Notes under the pieces: generated by a model
The model's input: only the letters and a program-made list of their open reading frames with translations
The model's database searches: none
Told to the model about the DNA's origin: nothing
Position numbers and translations under genes: made by a program
Source of the DNA: Eledone cirrhosa
Lineage: Eukaryota
NCBI GenBank assembly: GCA_964016885.1
Contig: OZ024746.1
Span: 39,308,001-39,372,000, forward strand
DNA: 64,000 nt
Reading direction: 5' to 3'
Part shown: positions 12,118-24,090 of the stretch, in pieces
Layout: the number at the start of each line of letters is the position of its first letter
Position numbering within the stretch: position 1 is the first letter of the stretch

Positions 12118-12889
12118 CTGCACAGAAAAAAACAAAACAAAAGAAATTCAACATTACGAGAAGAAAAAAAGGAAAATGTTTAAAGAGGAGCAATGTTTTC
12201 AGTTACATTCAATTTTGACAATATGAATAGTTGTTGCTAAATATTTTGTTTAGAGAAATCAATATATGATCTCTAAATCTAAGGGTGGGAACCAGGTTCT
12301 ATTTTGAGATTAAGGGTAAAATGCGAAATGTGAAGAAACAAGTCAAGGTCAACATCAGCAACAATTCATCAATAGGATGGTTCATAGAGGAGTTTGATAA
12401 GTTCAGTTGACACAGGGAGTGAAGAATCTAACATTTTGGGCTCTGGGTTTTCATCTGAGAAAAAGGAGAAAATGATTACAACAACAGCATTTTCTCTCTT
12501 CACTCCTCATGGTAACTGAATTCATCAACCTCTTCTTTGGACTCTCCTGCATGTGTTATGATAGGATAGTTGCAAAAGTATACAGTAATTGTCCAAAGTA
12601 GAATTTTCTTTTAAAAAGTCGAAGCTTGAAAATATGTTTGATATTATTTTGATTTCAACATACTTTTCAAAATTATTTCAATATTTTATTACTTTTTTAA
12701 TGGTTTCAGTCATTTGGCTGCTGCCATACTAGGATATTACCTTCAATAGTTTTAGTTGATCATATTGGCCCCAGTTTGTATGATCTCTATCAAACTACTA
12801 AAGAACATGTGTAAATGTAAACACTGACATAAACACATAACAAATATATATATATTCAGATATAGTATATAAGAGTAAAGACTATGCAG

Positions 12890-13305
12890 GAATGGGCAAG
12901 GGAACCATTTGGAATTCCTATCTACTTTTGTTGCATAATGATCAGGGATACTTCCTTGGTGGTATCAGAGTCTTGTCTTCTTTCCTACTTAGTAAAATTT
13001 TACTCATTGTTCATCTTAAACTGTTATGTTATGGAGGATGATGATAAAAACAGAAGAGGTTGAGAACTGAGCCCAGGTGAACTACTTGCACTTTAAATTC
13101 ATTACAGTACTCACTGCTATCTCTCACCTTGCAGGCTACACATCTATACACGGCTTGCACACTCTTCACAAGCCCTCCATTCACCCTTAAATTCCTGAGC
13201 AGCCATCAGATAACAGTGGAACCATGTTAAAAGTTTTCTCCAGATTGACAAATAATATTTTCAGAAGCTTATTTTTAGTTAAGTACTTCTGCTGCAGTTG
13301 TCCCA
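12890..13305 (-). pseudogene. RTE-type LINE reverse transcriptase fragment
   Basis: Minus translation QLQQKYLTKNKLLKILFVNLEKTFNMVP...LVKSVQAVYRCVACKVR...EFKVQVVHLGSVL (RTE consensus FVDLEKAFDRVP...GVHQGSVLSP), then KILLSRKEDKTLIPPRKYP*SLC. Confidence 0.85.
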
Positions 13306-13460
13306 TGAAGAAACAAGGTAGATAACTCCTATAATATCAATTGATTCAATTTTTTTTGTAAACAAAGCAGCATTGAGTGGGCTTTAGGACAAATTTCAAA
13401 CATGATAGTTCTCAGCAAAGTGTATTTAATTAGCAGTTGACCTCAATAGAGTGGTCAATT

Positions 13461-13500
<40 letters not shown>

Positions 13501-13639
13501 AAAAGGGGAAAAAAATCATACACAGATTATGTGTCATCAATAAGTAGATTATCCTAGCAATTCAAAAACAAAATTGGTTTTGATATTGCAAGGATAATCT
13601 CAGCTGATTGATTTTTTTCCACTCACTATATTTAGCATG

Positions 13640-13870
13640 TAAGGTGGTGACCTGGCAGAGTTGTTAGAACATAAGACAGATTACAGGATTCATTCTGGCT
13701 CTCTGAATTCAAATCTAACCGAGATCAACTTTGCCTTCACCCTTTTGAGGTCAATATAAAAAGTACCAGTCTAGTACTGGGGCCGATTCTTCCAGTCTTC
13801 TTCTTACTCTCAATACTTTTCTGGAAGAAATCTGCTGTATTCAAACCTGGAGAGAGATGGGCTCTGTCAG
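13640..13870 (+). mobile_element. Major-family SINE with alternative extended 3' region (also 17915-18127 -, 40970-41280 -, 55344-55620 +)
   Basis: Same head and core (TGGCAGA...AATTCAAATC...ACTTTGCCTT...AAGTACCAGT), continuing into TCTGGAAGAAATCTGCTGTATTCA.ACCTG instead of GGCCTTGTGCC. Confidence 0.75.
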
Positions 13871-14809
13871 ACTTTTAAAACTCCAACAGAAGTTACAGAA
13901 TTATCACATCACATCACTATTTTTAGCATGTAAGAGACAACTGTACATATCTACATCATGCAGTGTGCTCCTCTGCGATATTTTTTGCCTCTACCCACTG
14001 TACAGTCTCTCTCTCCCTCTCTCCATCAATACACAGAAATAATGAGTTCTGAATATTTTTAGCCTGACATGTAAACAAGAAATGAAATATTTCACATGAA
14101 AATCCTTATCTATTTCACTATTTAATCACTGTGTCTGTGCATATAGTTTATGGTTTACTTGATATTGAGGTAATGCTTTGACACAGAAAATACATGCAAA
14201 GGTGTTTTAATATGGCAAACCTTATAATCAGGCTAATTTATGATGACTGATCTTCGTATTTCAGAGAACAATGAATATATTGCTCTATAGGAACAATATA
14301 TTCATTGTAAATACTTTTTTAGAGCTAATGTCTTTTTGTTACCTTAAATGGAAATATTTGTGAAATATTTGTCAATGTCTGATGGTTGAGTGCCAAACTT
14401 TCTCACATCACACACACACACACACAAAGACAAATAAAAAATTCTTTTGTTAGCCCATATTTTTGTCCTCATAAATCAAAACGAAATATTTCAAAATACC
14501 TAGCAAATGAATATTGGACAGTTTTAATATAGGTATATGACTTAGTGGTTAGAGAATTGGATTCACAATCATGAGGTTGTGAGTTTGATTCCCGGAATGG
14601 GCAATGCATTATGTTCTTGAGTTGCAAAGAGTTACAACTGGTAGATAATATCAGCAATGATAAGACCAATGGAAACATTGTTTCCTCAGTCTGATTTGAC
14701 AAGATCCACTCAGTAAAGTAAATGAGGTCTGGGATTTTGTCCATTGATTCCATTTTACATGCACTGACCAAATCATATTGATTTCTATTGTTAACATCCA
14801 TAGTCACTG

Positions 14810-15050
14810 ATTCACAAGAAATGTAGTGGCATATCAGGTAGACTAACAGGAAAGGGAAGACTTTGTATGTAAAAGGTGCACAGGGGTAATCGAGGAAAAG
14901 TGTGTTAGTGATATAAAACTTTTCCAATCACATGAAGGATCTACAGAAGTGGTTGATAGCTTCTGCTATCAACGTGACTAAATTAGCAGCAGAGGAGAGC
15001 ATAATAGCTAAAACAAGGATAGGATAGGATAGTATAGTAGTTTAGAGAAA
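14810..15050 (+). pseudogene. RTE-type LINE RT fragment with Cys/His-rich segment
   Basis: IHKKCSGISGRLTGK/EDFVCKRCTGVI...EGSTEVVDSFCYQRD*ISSRG (frameshifted). Confidence 0.8.
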
Positions 15051-15433
15051 ACATGAAACTCAGTCACAACTTGTGGGGTTTAAACATTCATTTTATACTA
15101 CCTACTTAAAATCTTGTGAAAGAACTATCTACTTTTTTTAATCTATTTATTTCAACTTACACAGCTTAGTATATTACCTTGTACTAGTTCACTTAATAAT
15201 GGGGAAGGAGTTCTATTGAATACCTTTTGGTTTCTTTTTCAAACTATATCTATAAAATCATGTTTTGTTTGTGTTTTTTGTTTGGTTTTTGCTACCTACA
15301 ATAGAATTGTAGTTGTCCAGGCAACTAAAGTAATTGTTTGAAGTAGCCACTCCTTCAAATAATTGTGAGAAAGATAAGGGAAATATAGGAAATATACTAA
15401 ATATAGGAAATATACTAAATGTTGTGTGGTATT

Positions 15434-15535
15434 TTTGCCTTTCATCCTTACGGGGTCGGGTCGATAAAATAAAGTACCAGTAATACACTGAGATAATTGC
15501 TGGCCTTGTGCCAAAAGTATTATCGAAACAATTAT
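15434..15535 (+). mobile_element. Major SINE, 3' half
   Basis: TTTGCCTTTCATCCTTACGGGGTC...GATAAAATAAAGTACCAGTAATACACTG...GGCCTTGTGCC. Confidence 0.85.
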
Positions 15536-16680
15536 TACTAGTTATATCATCCAATTGAATACATTTCTCCTGCCAATATTTTTAGCTTTATACAAAACTT
15601 AAATACTATTAACAAATGATTGATAAGTTTTAAAATAAGCCAGTACAATATGGTAGAAATATATAAAAGGCAAAGATTGGCAAAAAACAAAACAACAAAG
15701 TAATGTTTTACCCAGTATATTTCAACATGTTATTTCAGGACTATTACCCTCTTTTCAAATGTGAAATGGTTCAAAACAAAAACAAATTTTGAAGGAAAGT
15801 GTATAGTCAACTGATATTTATTTTATTGGGCCAGAAATGATGAATAGCTAGGTACTCTTGACAGGATTTGAACTTAGAAATGTAACTGAACACTAGTCTA
15901 TCAATGCTGCCACGTACCACCACATTGGTAAACCAGAGGTAAGCTCTAACAGAGTATACAGCCAGGTTTTGAAGAGGAGTGTTTGTTATACCAAATATAT
16001 ATAACTTTTCATTGGGGCATTTTTTAAAAAAATATTTTATTTGCATAATATTGGATGTCCTTTCTATTTCAACTGCTTAACTGGGCAATTTGAGTGACAC
16101 CTGTTGCTATTCAATCTACCTGAGGTTGAGTAGAGAAACCATACCTTGCTTGGTAAACTGATGAATTTATTTATAATCAGAACTTTTAGCTCAGACATTA
16201 TGTTACACTCAACATCATTTTCTAAAAAAAGTTTCCCTTGCAGGCGATATACATAATATAAACTGGCCTCACTTTCACCTGACCTTAGATATTTGCCTTG
16301 TCAGCTGAAGTTGTTAGTAACCACCCTATTTAATGTTTTCCTTGTCTTACTTTAGATCCTGTCCCAACCTACAATACTTGTTCAGCCAGTTTTTATAAAG
16401 ATCCCATGCTGTTTTGTTGCTTTTTTAATCTTTTGATCTCAATCTTATTTATCATAATTCTTTTACTTTTCTAAGAACAATAATAATAATAAGAAGAAAA
16501 ACAACAACAAAATACTTCATTTTAGAAGTCATTTGTTGAAAACCTACCAGAGAGACATATATACCAAAGAGAAGATTATTATGGCTGTTTAACAATCCTA
16601 CATTTTTTAAATGTGTTATCGTCATCATCGTTTTAACATCTGCTTCCCCTGCTAGCAAGGGTTGAGCGGAATTCAATAAA

Positions 16681-16730
16681 CACTAGACAGGATTCAAACC
16701 TGTGCAGGAATATCCCATTGGACTTCAAGT
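16681..16730 (-). pseudogene. 3' half of a tRNA-Ser(UGA)-like sequence
   Basis: Minus strand ACTTGAAGTCCAATGGGATATTCCTGCACAGGTTTGAATCCTG matches eukaryotic tRNA-Ser(UGA) anticodon loop, long variable arm and T arm (..GACTTGAAATCCAATGGGGT.TCCCCGCGCAGGTTCGAA.CCTG), with CpG-type changes. No D arm. Confidence 0.7.
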
Positions 16731-18152
16731 ATGTGTGTAAATGTATCTGCAGACAGTATCTTTCTATTTAATCTATGATATCATTATTATGCTAATTAAT
16801 GCTTTGTGGTGTTGCATGCATATTGTATGATTGCATGTAGCTAGAACTATTTAAAGTGTCTACCAAGCAGTTCAATGTCACAAAACACTTTCATGGTGTG
16901 CTGTTTGGATAATACACAGTTGCAACAAGTATTTTATGCTACCAGTAAGAATTCCCAAAGAAAGTTTAATAAACATTAATAAAGTGAAGCTAGGTTAAAC
17001 ATTGCAGCAATTGTGGATCATTATATCATTTCTCTTCTGGAAATCTAATATGTGCGGATAGGATGCATTTGAAGACGATACCAAGCTGGAGGAGGAACTT
17101 CATCATGACACCGGTAATGAATGTATAGAAGTAGATAACTTTCTAGGTTCTAGCCTACATAGAGGAAGGAATGCTTTGATTGTAATAAATTGGGCTATTT
17201 CAGCAAATTCTGCATTTCAAAACTACTGTATTCTACTGTAAATCTGTCCATAACATTACTGTCAAGGGCACGAGACCCTAGCAACCAGATGATGAAGATA
17301 TCATTTTCAATGATAATTGCACAACAAACGATATTGATTAACCTTAACCTTGGATTAATTGTAAACTGAACGGACACCCAGTTTAAATGCAACTGGCAAC
17401 TGGTGCAGTAAGCTCCATCATTCTAGCTTCATTGTTAATTAAGTTATTAACTATCAAACCTACAGCCAGACAGTTAAATTTTTTCATGATGGTTCAAATC
17501 TAGAGGTAGATTGTATTACAATAACTTTGTATTGATCAGTGCAGACATTCTGAAAGGTATGACATCTCATTATGTTGCTGAATATTTACAACCAGTGAAA
17601 ATGGCTATAACACTAACACTCCAAGTATCAGCTACAGTTAAAACATTAAATTTGATCAGTACATTCATCTCAGGTGTATATATAAATGGAGTTTGAAAGG
17701 GAACTTCACAACTTTGAAGTAATAGGAATTATAAGCCAATTGCTTAGGTGTGAAAGGAAGATGTTAAACTGGAAATGTGCATCAATTACAAAGTATATTT
17801 AAATAACATTCAAACTTTATTTTATCCAACTCATGTTGAGGCAATGTTTACAAATGTGTGAAGAACAAGGTAGGTTTTCTTTGAGGAATTGATTTTGATG
17901 AGGACACTAAAAAATTATATGCAATGTGTACATTTGGACCCATAACTCCTGAAAGAGTCGAAGAGGCGTCATATTGACATACACCATTTCTAGGGTGCTT
18001 TTTAAACCAGAACCCCATCCGTCTTCAGGTCTGAATGCAGCAGACTTCTTCCAGAGGAGAATATAGAGGGAGAGAATGGAAGTAAGAGACACAGAAGAAG
18101 AATCAACCCCACTACTCGACTGGTACCTTTTTTTTTTTTTTTTTTTTTTTAA

Positions 18153-18461
<309 letters not shown>

Positions 18462-19010
18462 TAATAATCTCTACCTAGTCATAGATTTTAAACAGATCTC
18501 AAAAATAGCAGTTTTATTCTCAGACATTGTATGGAGTCTATATTGAAAGGAACTAATGGCATAATTATCTCCCAGGATGACAGACTAATCTTTGCAGCAA
18601 CTCAGAATAAATTGAAGAATCAAGATAATGCAGTCATTACTTGAGTGAAAAGACCCAATGAATCGATTAACCCAAATAAATGCATTAATCATACATCTTC
18701 CATAGATCTCTTAGGAATTAATACTTCAAAAGATGTGATCAGACAATCGTGTTTAATAGACATAATCTAATGGATTAGTGTAACAAAAATGCTAAGAAAT
18801 TGAAAAATATTTTGAGTTAATAAACTATTATTTCCAGCTTATACAAACATTTACATAGATGAACCTCTTCTTACAGCCAAAGGAATTCTATATTTAGGGA
18901 ATACATAAAGAAAAGGCCTTTAAAAAAACCTTGTTGATACATTTCTCTACAGAATGTAAAATAACTTTTACTGTTGATGCACTTGAATTTGTTTCATTAT
19001 GGAAAGGACA

Positions 19011-19236
19011 AGGGCAGTAGATTGGCAGAATTGGTAGAGCCTCGGAGACCATGCTTCATAGCATAGAGTTGTGGCCTTTTGTGTTCTGATTTTGGGTCCT
19101 GCCGAGGTTGACTTTGCCTTTCATCCTTACAGGGTTGATAAAATAAAGTACCAGTAAGCACTGGGAATAGTCGATCTAATCGACTTTTCCCCTTCTCTTC
19201 AAATTGCTGGCCTTGTGTCTAAAGAGGAAACAATTA
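19011..19236 (+). mobile_element. Major SINE, full-length long variant, nested in the Gypsy RNase H region
   Basis: TGGCAGAATTGGTAGAGC head, core, GTCGATCTAATCGACTTTTCCCC segment, GGCCTTGTGTCTAAAG tail. Confidence 0.85.
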
Positions 19237-21589
19237 TGGAAAGGTCATAGCATAATATTAGTCATATACTAGATAGTATGATAGAGAAATTGAAGCAATA
19301 TTGAATGTGAAGTATATTTGGTTGTATGTTCAAAAGACTGAAACATTTTTTTTATTAGAGAAATCTTTCATAATGGAGACTGATTATTGGCTGTTACAAT
19401 TTATATTTCAAAAGATCATCATGTTTCCAAGATTGTTATGTGAGTCCTCATATTACCATCACTGTTTTTGTCCATTTTTCCATGCTAGCATGGGTTAGAT
19501 GAGTTGTCCTGTTGTGGACAATACTAGGTCAGGTGACCATGTTTTGCTCATACAGGACTGGTTTTGGCTTGGTTTCAACATTTTTAAATAATCCATATGC
19601 CTAGTAAAATCATCAGTCATGTTGATGCTCTTAATAGTCTAAAGTATGACCCAGATCAGTTCAATAGTGTTCTTAATAAATTCATTACATCCTGACAAGG
19701 GTTATGGATTAATTTTTGCTGATACTTAGATAGTTGAAGACATACAAATCATTTTAACACATATACCTTTATATTCACTTAAAGAATCACATTGCAAAAA
19801 TAGTTTGGTCTAGACTAACTTTTTTAGAAGGTCAATTTAGCAGACATTCTTCTGAACTGACTATAAGAAAATGATTTTATCTTTAAAAAGAACAGGCTAT
19901 TTATTCTTAAACTTTATCATGCAAAACGTCTTTCCACCATTTATAGAACACATAAATGTGAAAAAAAAAAAAGAGAGAAAGAAAGAAAAATCTCTGAAGA
20001 AAGCAATGGTTTGTGTTTGGTGGCCAAATCTTGGTAGATATATAAGATTATAATGGAGAGAATGTCTTGATCACAACTCAGTTACTACTTGGAGCCCAGG
20101 AAATGTTAAGAAATATCTATTCCATATTTTATAGATTTGGTAGTTCAATGACAGTGGCATCAGACAATGGATGAGAATTCATTCAATTAAAGGACTGTTT
20201 AAAATGACTTGCTTGTAACAAAATTAAAGGTCCTACCTACAGTCCAAAATCTAATGGTGGAGCAGAAAGAATTGTACCAACAATTAAGTCTACATGAAAA
20301 TGTTACAGCCTATTAACAGAAAATTTGATTGGTATTTGCTAAAGGTTCCTTTCAGCCATTGTAGCGTTTCTGGTACATACAAATTATCTCCAGCAGAGAA
20401 ATTACTTGGCTAACAAATTAAGAATAGCAGTAAAGCCTTTTTACAAGGCTGGACAAATGGTTCATTACACAAATATAATGAAACTTCCTGCAGATGCACA
20501 TTATCTGATTTATGCTGGCAAAAACAGAGCATGGATTAAATGTGTATACAAAAATTTTTAGCTATCATCAATTGAAATAAATATCCTTCCTCAAGCACAT
20601 ATGCTAATCATCAACAGCTTCCTCCATCTTCTGTAGAACTAGCATTTGATCACATGATCCCCTGTAATAATATTTGCAATAAGTCAACATCATCATTTTC
20701 AACTACTACTGCTGCTAATATTCAATCTTTAAAACTTCTCATACAGCCAATACTACTAAACCATGCTAATCCTCAGAGCAACTTAATGAGTAGTACAAGA
20801 CCACCACATAGGAGCAGCAGAATTTAAAAGAGAAATCTGAAGATAGAAGATATTCTCCTCTGCACTCGATATGGCTGTATGTAAGCAGGATGTAGACCCC
20901 TCAGCCTGCCTGGAAGGTTGGTAGCCCTGCTTCAGTACAGACAACTGGAAATTACTTGTGATTTCCCAAAGAGTGATACCCTTTAACTGACAGAGTGTTA
21001 CAAAGTATAAGACAGACCCTACTACCCATCTGAGAGAATATGTGCTTGATTTTTATTTTAAAAATATAAACATCCTGATTACATGTCTATTTAAAAATAT
21101 TCATAAACAACACACTTGCTTCCCTTCAAAACAGTACAGCCAATCAACAGCTTCCTTACTAACCAGGCTAGAAACTGCACCGATCTTGGGGATCCAGCTT
21201 AAATGATACCACTATACCAACCAGCTTTGTCACAATCCATGATGCCATGATTCATGAGTACAGAGGAATGAACAGGTATAGTGTAGATAGCAAACAACAA
21301 ATATGTTAATAGCCTTGCTAAGTGTTGCCTTCTGTTTGTTTAGTAAACTTTTTTTTTATTATTTCAATACAAATACTCAGACTATACAAGTTGGTGTTAT
21401 GGTCACACTATTTAAACAAAATGGAAACCTGTGAATGGAGGATAGTGTTCATCAATGAAACAGTTCAATGACAATAAAAAGTAGAAACTAGAGTAAAATC
21501 AGTGTAATCTTTTCATAATGTGCTCTCAAATAGTAGCTCCATAATTGTGATTAATTATTAAATACAATGAATTATCTACAATAAATTAT

Positions 21590-21910
21590 AACATGGTAAG
21601 GATGATGCCTACTGTGTGAAGAAATGCCAAGAAATCTCAAAGGTAGGAATCCACCAGAGAGGCAGACCAAGGAAGACCTGGGCAGAGGTGGTGAGAGCTG
21701 ATCTTAAATTGCTGAGACTCACGGAGGAGATGACAAAGGAACACAGTGAGTGGAGAGAAGCTGTCCTGAAAAGGACCCATCCAAACCATGCTAGCATGGA
21801 AAAACAGATGTAAAACTGGTGAGGATTTTTATATCGCAACATATTACATTGTAGACCCATGTCTCATCCTACTCATGCTAGCATGGAAAAATGGCCGTTA
21901 ATGGTGATGA
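21590..21910 (+). mobile_element. RTE-type LINE 3' end (ORF C-terminus plus duplicated 3' UTR hairpin/tail)
   Basis: VKKCQEISKVGIHQRGRPRKTWAEVVRADLKLLRLTEEMTKEHSEWREAV (GRPRKTW...W motif), followed by CCATGCTAGCATGGAAAA at ~21787 and again at ~21873. Confidence 0.85.
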
Positions 21911-23045
21911 TCGATGGCCAATTAATCGGTAAGACCAATTAATCTGCCATTTTGTTTATCGGTGCATCTCTAGTAGAAACTATGCCAAAAATGGGAGACA
22001 TCAACTTCAAAATAAGAACTGCCTTGTATCGTTCAACACATGCCAGTTTGGAAAGCTGACACAAAATGATGATGATCAACTTGTAATATCTACTTTAAAT
22101 ACATAGAACCTTGAGAAACCTCTATCTCTTTAATTAATTTTTTTTAAATATTTTATTACAAATTTATGATTTAGTATTAAAGATCTATTAATGAATCAGA
22201 AATTCAAAAATTGTTACCTTAATGCGTGTGCACGCGTTTGGGAATGTATGCAACCGATAAATATTTTTAAAATATATTTGTTTTATATATATAATATAGA
22301 AATATAGAATTCTTTATTTTACAGTAAAGCTTATGATTTCTTGCAAGCGATTGAAACAAATTTAAACTTGATGTACTCAATATTGAATCTATAGAAATGG
22401 AACAAAGAAGCCATATTTCAAATACTTTTCCAACTCGTATGATTTAAGTTAATATAGATGAATTTTAACATTAAGAAAAACTCGAGATTTAATGTTTTTG
22501 AAGTAGGAGAACAAAACAAGAACATTACAAATCGAAAGTTACATTTCTTTCATATCACGAAGAAAATGGAAAATTCTCCATCTCATATACACACACACAC
22601 AATGTTCCCTCTACACTACATCAGCTTTTATTCAGTCACTGCTTCTTGATGGGTTGCCATCACTACAGTTTACAAAGTTCAAATCTCCTTCACAAAAGTC
22701 CTTTTTCACAGTTACTTCTCTCCCAGATGAGTTGTCTTTGCTCTGACTACTACAGGGGTATTTTACCTGATTTTCTAAGCTATTATTTATAGCAATCGAG
22801 TGTGTTCACAGTTATTCTCTGTGTTCTAGATTTTCAATTCATTAGACAGAGAAGTATGGAATTCCATTTTCTGTCTTTTAAAGTTCTTCATCCTATTTTA
22901 TAAGCTACTTTAATAGAATCTCTGCTATATAAAACTATTGTTCCGCTGTGAGACACATTCAGGGCGGCCAACTAACCCGTCTCTCCTCATAACAGAGCCA
23001 TCCAGTTCCACACTGTAAATGTGGTTGGTGTTAGGAAGGGTTATG

Positions 23046-23331
23046 ATATATTGGTAAACAGAAAAGAAAATGCTGACAAATTGTTCACAATGAAAAATAG
23101 TTTAATTAGGAATAAGTGAAAATTAGTAATAGTATTGGTTAGTATTCAGTTTTGGTTTTACCAGTTGCGCATTTCTAATGCTTTTCCAAAATAATTTTGA
23201 GATAGAGTGTCCGTGATGTTTGCTCTAGTCTGTATACTAACCAATACTATTACTAATTTTCACTTATTCCTAATTAAACTATTTTTCACTGAACAATTTG
23301 TCAGCATTTTCTTTTCCGTTTACCAATATAT
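23046..23331. repeat. ~100-bp near-perfect inverted repeat with 80-bp spacer (foldback/MITE-like)
   Basis: Arm 23046-23149 is the reverse complement of 23230-23331 with few differences; ends lie in TA context. Confidence 0.92.
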
Positions 23332-24090
23332 ATATATATAAACTGTTTTTATATTTCCTTTTCCATGATGGTATGGACAAGGCTTCTTGAGGCATTATTA
23401 AATAGCCAGATGCCATTACTGACTCAAAACCATGTAAGGATGTGTATACATATACAACTCATGGTAGCATGGAAAAGCAACCATAAGAACACATACACAC
23501 ACATATTTGAAATTTAAAAACCAAAGCAAGTCCTAGAGTATGTGTACACTTAAATTTCAATTTGAAGTAATCATTTTGATGTTTCTTCAATTATTTCTGA
23601 AGTTCCAACACACATTTATATGAGAATAATATTTGTTATAAGTGGCATTACAGGAGGGGACTATACATACAAAGACCATGAGCTAAGCAGTTCAGATTTA
23701 ACCTCTTGCCTTTTGGCACTGTATAAACATGAAGAATGCTAACAACAATTCTGTTTTTCATCAACTCTTATAAATGACATGAAATAGATTTGGACAAAAC
23801 TGTTATATACTTAAGTAATGTTTATATGAATGAATGAATATATATATATATATCTATATATATATATATACACACACACACACATATATATATACAGACA
23901 CACACACACATATATATATACACATGCACACACACACACACACACACACATACATACATACATACATACATAAATTTGGCAGTGGCCTTTCAACAAAGGT
24001 CAAATTTGGTGATTAAATGGAGGGTAGTATATTGAGATATTTTCTCCTTCAGCATAATCAAATCATTGCTCAGGTTATTATTATAATAAT

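Noticed and set aside
11875-12135. 86-aa ORF as a standalone mini-actinin gene
   Set aside because: It starts at a non-ATG codon in the polypyrimidine tract and ends just past the donor; homology is bounded exactly by splice sites.
14469-14927. 152-aa minus-strand ORF
   Set aside because: Antisense read-through of an RTE fragment and a SINE head; no recognisable protein.
21169-21972. Possible hAT element bounded by TAGAAACTGCACCGAT ... ATCGGTGCATCTCTA
   Set aside because: TIR-like ends are imperfect and the 8-bp flanks do not match, so the boundaries are unsupported.
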